A stretch of DNA of 52,565 nucleotides from Spirochaetaceae bacterium (GTDB lineage: Bacteria; Spirochaetota; Spirochaetia; Treponematales; Breznakiellaceae): assembly GCA_031290205.1 (NCBI GenBank), contig JAITNZ010000098.1:1-52565 (forward strand), given 5' to 3'. Shown one piece after another: positions 1 through 7,100 of this stretch. The notes under the pieces are model-generated. The model did no database searches. It was given only the letters and a program-made list of their open reading frames with translations, and was not told the origin of the DNA. The position numbers and the translations under genes are program-made. The first letter of the stretch is position 1. Each line of letters opens with the position of its first letter.

Positions 1-107
1 CCCGTTCGGGGGGGTTGTGGGGGTGTACCCCCCCCCCGGTGGGGGCGTTGCGGGGGCTAGCCCCCGAAGTGGGGGTAGCGCGCAACAACGTGCGCGCGTA
101 GGGGGAT
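1..107. repeat. Low-complexity G/C homopolymer-rich contig end with small GC hairpins
   Basis: Runs of G7, G5, C10 and G5. Palindrome gcgcgca-N6-tgcgcgc at 78-97. No supportable ORF. Lies at the window edge. Confidence 0.6.
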
Positions 108-179
108 ACTTCCCCCCTCTTCCTCTTCCCCCTATACCCCAAACCCTATACCCCTTCTTCCCCCTACTTCTTCTTCAAA
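108..179 (+). repeat. C-rich heptad-word element (same family as 18698-18737 and 50484-50770), ending in CTTCTTCAAA
   Basis: acttcccccctcttcctcttccccctataccccaaaccctataccccttcttccccctacttcttcttcaaa. Shares the CCCCATA/CCCCAAA words and the terminal CTTCTTCAAA with the other copies. Overlaps the sbp stop in antisense. Confidence 0.6.
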
Positions 180-1228
180 TCGGTCATTATCTTGTCGAAT
201 ATGGCGCCGTCTGAAAAATGCTGCGCCTGTGCTTTGCGCCAGCCGCCGAAATCGCCGTCTATGGTCACGAGTTTTAATGCGGGAAACTGCGTCGAAAATT
301 CCGCCGCTATTTCGGGGTCGGTGGGGCGGTAATAGTTTTTGCCGGCGATGCGCTGCCCCTCGTTCGAATAGAGATGGCTGAGGTATTCGATGGCGATTTC
401 CCTTGTGCCGCGCTTGTCGACTATCGCGTCAACATAGGTGAGGCTGGGCTCGGCGAGTATGCTGAGGCTGGGCGCGACGATGTCAAACTTGCCGGGTCCG
501 AGTTCGTTGATGGACAGGTAGGCTTCGTTTTCCCATGCGAGCAGCACGTCGCCTAAGCCGCGCTGCACGAAGGTGTTGGTCGAACCGCGCGCGCCTGAGT
601 CGAGTATCGGCACATTGGCGAAGAGGCGTTTTACAAAATCCTCTGCAGCCGTCTCGCTGCCGTATTTTTCCCGCGCGAATGCCCATGCTGCAAGGTAATT
701 CCAGCGCGCCCCGCCTGAGGTTTTGGGGTCGGGCGTGATGACCTGAATGCCGGGTTTGACTAAATCATCCCAATCTTTGATGTTTTTGGGATTGCCGGCA
801 CGGACGAGAAAGACGATTGTCGAGGTGTAGGGGGCGCTGTTGTGCGGGAAACGGGCTATCCAGTTCTCCGCGATGATGTGGCGGGCATCGACTATGGCGT
901 CGATGTCGTAGGCGAGGGCAAGTGTCACGACATCGGCTTCGTTGCCTTCGATGACGCTGCGCGCCTGCCCGCCTGAGCCGCCGTGCGACTGGTTGATTTC
1001 AACGGTATCGCCGGTTTTTGCCTTGTAATAGGCTTTGAACTCTTCGTTATACGCGCGATACAGCTCGCGCGTGGGGTCGTAAGACACATTGAGCAGTGTC
1101 CAGTCTTTGCCCCCCTCCTGCACCGCCGCTGCGGCGCCCTCTTTCTTCGAGCAGCCAAAAAGGGCAAATGCTGCCAACAGAACCAAGACCATCCCGGCGG
1201 GACGAACAAACACAGTGAATTTTTTCAT
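164..1228 (-). CDS. sbp: Sulfate/thiosulfate ABC transporter periplasmic binding lipoprotein (Sbp/CysP family)
   Basis: Near full-length agreement by eye with E. coli Sbp blocks ([83 protein letters not shown]). Lipobox LFGC. Start trimmed to ATG at 1228, 8 nt after GGAGG. The track start at 1243 is a TTG inside that RBS. Confidence 0.92.
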   Translation of the reverse strand: MKKFTVFVRPAGMVLVLLAAFALFGCSKKEGAAAAVQEGGKDWTLLNVSYDPTRELYRAYNEEFKAYYKAKTGDTVEINQSHGGSGGQARSVIEGNEADVVTLALAYDIDAIVDARHIIAENWIARFPHNSAPYTSTIVFLVRAGNPKNIKDWDDLVKPGIQVITPDPKTSGGARWNYLAAWAFAREKYGSETAAEDFVKRLFANVPILDSGARGSTNTFVQRGLGDVLLAWENEAYLSINELGPGKFDIVAPSLSILAEPSLTYVDAIVDKRGTREIAIEYLSHLYSNEGQRIAGKNYYRPTDPEIAAEFSTQFPALKLVTIDGDFGGWRKAQAQHFSDGAIFDKIMTDLKKK

Positions 1229-1266
1229 AAATAGGACCTCCAATAATCCTTAGTAATTTTATAGGA

Positions 1267-1296
1267 ATTATAGGTGATAATGAAAAAAAATGTCAA
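1267..1296 (-). promoter_or_regulatory. Sigma-70-type promoter for sbp (TTGACA-18-TATAAT)
   Basis: Minus strand reads TTGACA (1296-1291), an 18-nt spacer, then TATAAT (1272-1267), about 40 nt upstream of the sbp ATG. Confidence 0.6.
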
Positions 1297-2030
1297 TACC
1301 CTCCAGCGCCTCCCGCACTTATGCTGCCCCCGCGATTTTAATCGCGGGGCACGGTCGGGCGGGGGAGGCTTACCAGAAAACAGGCGCCCATTTCCTAAGC
1401 AAGTCGTTATCCTCCTCCGCTGCCCTTATTGCCACTTAGGAAAAGCATTGCCCGAATGCCGGCGAATAGCCGGCTAAAGTTGCCTCCCAGCGAAGTTTTC
1501 TGGCAAACCTCCCCCGCCCGACCGTCTACGTCAGCAAATTCCCCCTTAGCATAAGTGCGTGAGGGCTTCCCGACCTACTGGCTAGGTGTTGGGGTTATTG
1601 GCTAACAGTGAAGACCTACAGTAAAACCCAACGGTAAAGTGCGCGGTAACGAGTATGGCGGTGAGCGCTGGCGCGTCCGCGCTTGTGCCGCCGAGCGAGA
1701 AAGCCGTCCCCCTGCCTAAGTGCGTGAGGGCTTTTCGGACGAATTGGGTGGGCGTTGGGGTTAACGCCTTACAGTGAAGGCTTTAGAGTAAGCCCCCTAT
1801 CAGTAAAACGCGCGGTAACGAGGATGGCAGGAGCGCGGGCGCGTCAGCGCGCGTGCCCTGACCGAGAAAGCCTTCCCCCAAACCTCCCCCGCCCCGCCCA
1901 ATGAATGCGCCCGAATGGGCGTTGTTGCGGCTAATCGTTCATGGCGTGGCGCAGGACGCCCTAACACTACCAGTAATTGCAGGCTCACCTTGAGGTGAGC
2001 CTGTGTGCCGCCACCCCAACTAAGCATGAA
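1291..2030. repeat. Composite intergenic repeat, locus A (module 1 with a 9-bp hairpin, two ~165-bp tandem units, module 3 with a 10-bp hairpin)
   Basis: Module 1 (1291-~1400) recurs at 24618-~24725 and inverted at ~35990-36114. It contains ccccgcgat-ttta-atcgcgggg (1328-1349). Units starting taagtgcgtgagggctt at 1552 and 1717 recur at 24973, 25130 and 25352. Module 3 (1880-2015, hairpin aggctcacc-ttga-ggtgagcct) recurs at 24815-24950. Confidence 0.85.
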
Positions 2031-2033
2031 GGC

Positions 2034-2062
2034 TTGACACTCAGCCGTCTTTCGGTAAAAAT
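2034..2062 (+). promoter_or_regulatory. Candidate promoter for the island operon (TTGACA-16/17-TAAAAAT)
   Basis: TTGACA at 2034-2039 sits at the right edge of repeat locus A. An A/T-rich -10 candidate lies at 2056-2062. About 110 nt upstream of the ATG at 2174. The -10 is ambiguous in A/T-rich sequence. Confidence 0.35.
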
Positions 2063-2173
2063 AATAACAAACAGATGATAGTATGGGGAGCGGGGACTAT
2101 TAAAAAATATCAGGGGAATGTTGGTAAAATTTCGTTGGCGGACATCCAGCGCAAAAAGATAAAGGAATATACA

Positions 2174-3577
2174 ATGAAAAACTTTGGACGGTTCAGCCGT
2201 TTTTTTGCTTTTGTTGCCGTTTTTTCTGTCGGCACACTTATTTCATCGTGCGGCATTGACCCGTGCTATATTGGAGTAGCAGACAATCCGGAAGAAAGTG
2301 TTATTGATTCCGAATTGCAGGTAAATTACTTTTTCGACAGAACGGAATCGCTTGGGGGCTTTACTCAAGACGGCAAAGAAACGACTTACGGCCGGGCAAT
2401 CGACAGCACCCTGACGGTAGGGCAAACACTTGGCTACGAAACTACCTCGTTTTATGAATTTGGCGAGGCTGTTACCTGCAAATTATCATTTAACACGCTT
2501 ACGATGCAAAAAGAGATAAAAAAGAAAAGTTTTTACGGAGACGGTTATACCTACCAAAATGACAAAAACCGCACGGTCGTGTACGAGAACGAAAGCCAGC
2601 CCTTTAGTTCCGTTGTCGATTATATCAAAACCGAGACTGATAAAAACAGCTTAAATATTGTGGTAACTGATTTATATGAGCAGTTTGGCATTAATCAATA
2701 TTTTCATCTTTTATTTCAAAACGCCTTTCGGAACGGACTCTCTGGCGCGATTTTTGCCGTTCAATCCGAATTCAAGGGTAACATCCACAGCATATCATCT
2801 TCTAACGATAGTCTTTACGGTGTGAACGGTTATTCAACCTTTTTTCTTTTAATTACAGGAGACAAGGACACCATAGAGAAATACGGCACTGGTCTTTCCG
2901 AAGAACTTAAAGGAAAAAAAATAAAATTCAATTACACATTGTTTTTACCTGGAGGCGTTTTTTACAAAGGAGAGAAAAAACAACCAGAGTATCGAACGAT
3001 CGGGAATGAAAAACAATTTCAAGCTGCGAGCGAAAGGCATATAATGGTAAACCTTAATCCGGCAGGACAATTTATACAACGCTGGAAGAAAAAGGGCGGC
3101 GCTTTTGTTCCGGTTAAGGCAAATGCTGAAGGCTACTTGGCTGTAACAAATATTGATTCGCAATATGTATATAAAGTTCCTTTTGGCAGCGATGACGATT
3201 CCAGTCCTACCGTCCTGAATATGATGGTAGAATATTTTAACGGTAGGAAAACCCCGCCCGGAAACGCATCTCGTTTTGAAAAAATTTCAGCAAGTGGCAA
3301 AATTGAAGAGGCGCTTGCCGATAAAACAGACGGTTTTAATTATATAAGCATAAAAATCCATAACAAGAAACTTGATAAAGGATATTATAGAGTAAACTTT
3401 GATATAATACCTGATTGGGTAAACGCTCTTGACGCAAATGTTGCTGAATTAAAAGCAAGCAATAAACGGGGTGAGCTCGTCAAAGTGCTTAACTTGAAGT
3501 TAATATATGACCGTATATTAAAAGAATTTAACAAAATTGACGGTTTTTCAGAAGTTTTTTATATTGTTAAAAATTAA
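2174..3577 (+). CDS. Island gene 1: lipoprotein of unknown function, possible vWA-like fold
   Basis: Long ORF in ~33% GC DNA. Start trimmed to the ATG at 2174 (AAGGA 7 nt upstream), giving MKNFGRFSRFFAFVAVFSVGTLISSC, a signal peptide plus lipobox. NYFFDRTESLGGF resembles a D-x-T/S-x-S MIDAS strand and NIVVTDLYEQ resembles a vWA beta-4 strand. These are motif-level resemblances only. Confidence 0.85.
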   Translation: MKNFGRFSRFFAFVAVFSVGTLISSCGIDPCYIGVADNPEESVIDSELQVNYFFDRTESLGGFTQDGKETTYGRAIDSTLTVGQTLGYETTSFYEFGEAVTCKLSFNTLTMQKEIKKKSFYGDGYTYQNDKNRTVVYENESQPFSSVVDYIKTETDKNSLNIVVTDLYEQFGINQYFHLLFQNAFRNGLSGAIFAVQSEFKGNIHSISSSNDSLYGVNGYSTFFLLITGDKDTIEKYGTGLSEELKGKKIKFNYTLFLPGGVFYKGEKKQPEYRTIGNEKQFQAASERHIMVNLNPAGQFIQRWKKKGGAFVPVKANAEGYLAVTNIDSQYVYKVPFGSDDDSSPTVLNMMVEYFNGRKTPPGNASRFEKISASGKIEEALADKTDGFNYISIKIHNKKLDKGYYRVNFDIIPDWVNALDANVAELKASNKRGELVKVLNLKLIYDRILKEFNKIDGFSEVFYIVKN

Positions 3578-3607
3578 AAAAGCACTTGGTATTTTTAGGA
3601 GAATAGT

Positions 3608-4126
3608 ATGTTCGGAATATTTTTTAAGTCCTCATGGAAAGCGCTGCCTTTTATTGCGCTGTTGCCTCTTTTAGTTTGTGTATTGTATATTACCGTGATT
3701 GACCCCTACGGCGGTATCCTCATTTCGGGAATGGGGAGTGAAGCGGTAAGCGATCATCAGTGGGAATTTCAAGAGAGCGAGAAAACATTTTTCGGATTTA
3801 ACGACCATCTAGGATTTCAATCAATAAAAAGAAGTATGATACTCGCAATGGTAGTGAATCTTATTTTGTTGATGATCATTCCATGCGCCTTTGGCGGAAC
3901 TGTTTCCGGAAAAAAAAGGGCGCAGTTTTATTTGGGGTTTTTCATCAATTTAGCGATTTGTTTAGGATTCCCGATTTATTTTAATACTATCTTCGTGCTC
4001 GATGCAAGCACTCTTTTCATGCTTATAGCGCTACATCTTGCCGGTTTTATGCTGCCGTTTATTTTAGGCGCTTTATTCGTGGCGCCGGCTTATAAAATGG
4101 CTTTTTGGTTCATTAACAGAAGATAA
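3608..4126 (+). CDS. Island gene 2: small integral membrane protein (about 4 TM helices)
   Basis: AGGAG RBS 8 nt upstream. Four hydrophobic segments (ALPFIALLPLLVCVLYITVI, MILAMVVNLILLMIIPCAFGG, FYLGFFINLAICLGFPIYF, LFMLIALHLAGFMLPFILGALFVAPAY). 30-nt gap from gene 1. Confidence 0.8.
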   Translation: MFGIFFKSSWKALPFIALLPLLVCVLYITVIDPYGGILISGMGSEAVSDHQWEFQESEKTFFGFNDHLGFQSIKRSMILAMVVNLILLMIIPCAFGGTVSGKKRAQFYLGFFINLAICLGFPIYFNTIFVLDASTLFMLIALHLAGFMLPFILGALFVAPAYKMAFWFINRR

Positions 4127-4146
4127 CAAATCAACAGGAGCGAACA

Positions 4147-7100
4147 ATGTCAACATTACACATTATTGGAATCGGCGGAACAGGGCATAAACTTATCACA
4201 GCCTGTATTCATCTGGCTGCGTGCGGCGCGTTTAAGGGTAAAGGCACGAACGACATTAACTTGATACGCATGATAACTATTGATGCGGACGATTCAAACG
4301 GCAATCTTTCACACGCCAAACAGGTAGCTGCTTCTTACCATAAATTTTATTCGGTACTCGGTCAATCACAAACTCTCGGTCTTGTGGAGATACAGCCTTT
4401 AACAAGCGTGAGGCTCTATCAAAACGATAAAAAAAGCATAAACGAAACATTTAACATTGCACAGTACCGCGATACGGATACGGATAAGTTTGTTCACTTC
4501 CTCTATACCAAGGAAGAAATCGAGACTCAATTTGACCAAGGATTTTACGGGCATACGTCAATAGGCACTTTGATTGTAAAAAACATCCTGAAACAAGATG
4601 AAAACTGGCAGGGTTTTTTATCAGGTATATATGAAAATGATTTTGTGTTTGTACTCGGTTCCATTTTTGGGGGGACGGGCGCATCCGCAATACCCGTTGT
4701 GCTTGACGAGCTTAAAGAGCGGCAAAAGGAAGACGCGATCAAGTATGCGGCATTGATACTTACCCCCTATTTTAATACGATTGGCGACATAAAAGAAGAA
4801 GGTGTATTACAGCCGGATTCTAAAAATTTCCAGGTTAAAGCAAAAGCAGCCCTGTATTATTATGAAAAAGAAAAACAAAACGAAAATGCCGACGCAATAT
4901 ATATAATCGGAGAACCCAAGGAAAACTTTTCAAACGAAGCCGCCTCGCGCGGTGCGTCTGATCAACTTAACAAAGCTCACATGGTCGAACTGTTTGCGGC
5001 AAGCGCGATAATTGATTTTATTAAGTATGCTAACGACAGACCAAAACAAAAAATTATCACCGCTGAGCGGGAAACATTGAACGGTGAATACTATTATACA
5101 TGGAATATGCTGCACAAGATTGATGCTCTTTTGCCGGAAAAAATAAAAAAACTGATAAAGGCGGCTATTTTTTATAACAAGGTGCTGTACCGGGATTTGA
5201 TCAACAATGATGAAAAATCTGGAACATGGATAGGAAATTACAATAAAGAGTTGCTTTCGAGGATAGACGACGACCAAAATCTTTTATACGAAAATATTTA
5301 TGCGTATTTTACAAAACTCATCCGGTGGTTTTACGATTTGCATAAAAGAAATTCAGCGGAAATAGACCAAAATTCAGGCAGACCGAAATGGTCTGACGAT
5401 AAAAGGGCAAAGCTCTTTCACGCCGAATACTTGGCGCTTTTTGACGAAAGTAGCGTTCAAGGATCGGACATTAAAGATTTTGAAAAGTTAGTCTATAACG
5501 ATGAGAATCCGAAAAAGTCCGAAAAGATTTATGTCCAGATTTGTAGCGCTAAAGGCGCCGGATTTATCCCGCTTTTTGATGCTTTGGATGCCGCAATAAC
5601 AAGCAAAAAACGCGGCTTGTTTGATCCTAAACCCGAAAAAATCCCGGAAAATTTTACTATCGTTCCTTATTTATCAAAGGAAAACAATGCGAGCTTTACG
5701 AGGCAAAATGCCGATACTAACCAGCTCTGGTCATATTCCGAGTCGTCGCTTCTAAGCAAAATTGCAGACGGACTCCCCTTTGTCTTAGGCGATGAATTTA
5801 CAAAAGACGATATTTCAATTCCTTCACCATGGTCTATATTTATTAGTAATGAATTGACATTGACAGAAAAAAAGTTTGCGGGATTAAATAAAACTTCCTA
5901 TAATCAATGGTGCGGTTTTTTAGCATTGCTTGCGCTTAGAAAACTGCGTCGTTATGAAAACGATGGTTTGGAGTTAAAACAGCTATCCCTTGATGATGGA
6001 GAGTTTGTAAAAACCGTAGGGGACACATGCATCCCCTATAGTTTTATTTTTGATAATCGGCAGTGGACTACTTGTTGGAATATTTCTCTTGACGGGGAAA
6101 CCATAGGCTTCCTTGCGGTGAATACGATTGTTTGTCCCGCCTATTCGTTTTCCGCAAAAACCAAAACAAAACTTCATCAAATGGCTCCCAGTATAGTAAA
6201 CGAAAATGGTGAATTTTTAAGTCCCGACAACTATTTTGCCGACCAGAGTCAAAGAGTAAACCGCGATGCTCGGTATGCCCTCTCTATTTTCTTGTCCGAG
6301 CTCAAGAGAATAATACGAACAGAGGCTGCCACGAATGAAAAACCAATTATCAATTCTTTGCAACACCTCATAGAAAAGTTTATTGAAAGCTTAGGTAGAA
6401 CAAGCTCAAACCCAGATATATCAATACCTAATTATCAGCCCCCCACTGATATTCGTGATCTTTTTGACAAATTAGACATACAGAGCAATGCAATAATAGA
6501 ATTACCATTCCGTCTTACCGGAACAAAAAAGAATGCTGTTTTAATTGGATTGAATGTTTGCGGTATTGGTTCTTCTACACCTCAAGCAGCCTCAATTTTT
6601 ATCACCCCCAATTACAAATACAACCAGATTAATGCAGATAGTATCCAGCAATTATCGGGAAACGATAAAGACGGGTATCTACTACTTTATGATATTGAGT
6701 TGCTTTGCGATACCATGCTGATAATTAAAAAAGACGATACTTCGGTATTTCATACTCTGTCAAACAACAACAGCTCGTTACCTGGCATTGATGTAATATG
6801 GCCCGTAAATGAGCGGCTGCTTGAATTGTATGACGCTGCACAGATCAACGGGATGCTGGGTATAAGTAAAAATGATGATACGTTTACCGTTTCTTTAGAC
6901 CTTAAATTGGCTTCGGGAAAAACTCATACTGTAACAAAAAGTTACAAGATTAAAAGCGGGGATTCCAATGCGGAAGACGCCGACAATTCGGGGTTTTGTT
7001 ATACGTTCGATAGGGAAAACCTGCCTTTGTGGGCAGTCTGGCCATACTCAGAAATATTAAACACCGAAGGCAAAAATACATGGAAGCGCTACAATTGTTA

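Noticed and set aside
17-214. 65-aa plus-strand ORF at the contig start
   Set aside because: It translates the low-complexity G/C runs and the C-rich heptad element (Pro/Gly-rich) and overlaps the sbp 3' end in antisense.
1286-1299. aaaatgtcaatac also occurs at 14351-14363 and 24612-24626: possible att-like direct repeats bracketing the island
   Set aside because: The shared 13-mer is the complement of a TTGACA -35 plus an A/T tract at three independent minus-strand promoters. The copies do not coincide with the GC-content breakpoints (~2050 and ~13955).
1552-1879. Possible CRISPR array (tandem repeats in intergenic DNA at three loci)
   Set aside because: The period is ~165 bp with no short conserved direct repeat alternating with unique spacers. 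The units are similar over their whole length. No cas genes are present.
2075-2173. Longer N-terminal extensions given by the ORF track (2075, 1243, 24565, 25544, 35410, 46178, 48500, 52184)
   Set aside because: In each case an internal ATG is preceded by a good SD, produces a proper signal peptide or family-typical N-terminus, or forms an ATGA overlap. The extensions start at TTG or read through repeat elements. Coordinates were trimmed accordingly.
4168-4185. Reading GIGGTG at the N-terminus of the 1646-aa protein as a generic Rossmann or Mur-ligase-type GxGxxG (MurC in this window has IGIKGTGM)
   Set aside because: This reading is disfavoured but not excluded. The motif is followed in the right order by T2-like IDAD, T3-like GFYGHTSIG and a T4-like GGTGASAIPVV that closely mimics FtsZ GGGTGTGAAPV. 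A dinucleotide-binding fold does not have that combination. A profile or structure search is needed to settle it.
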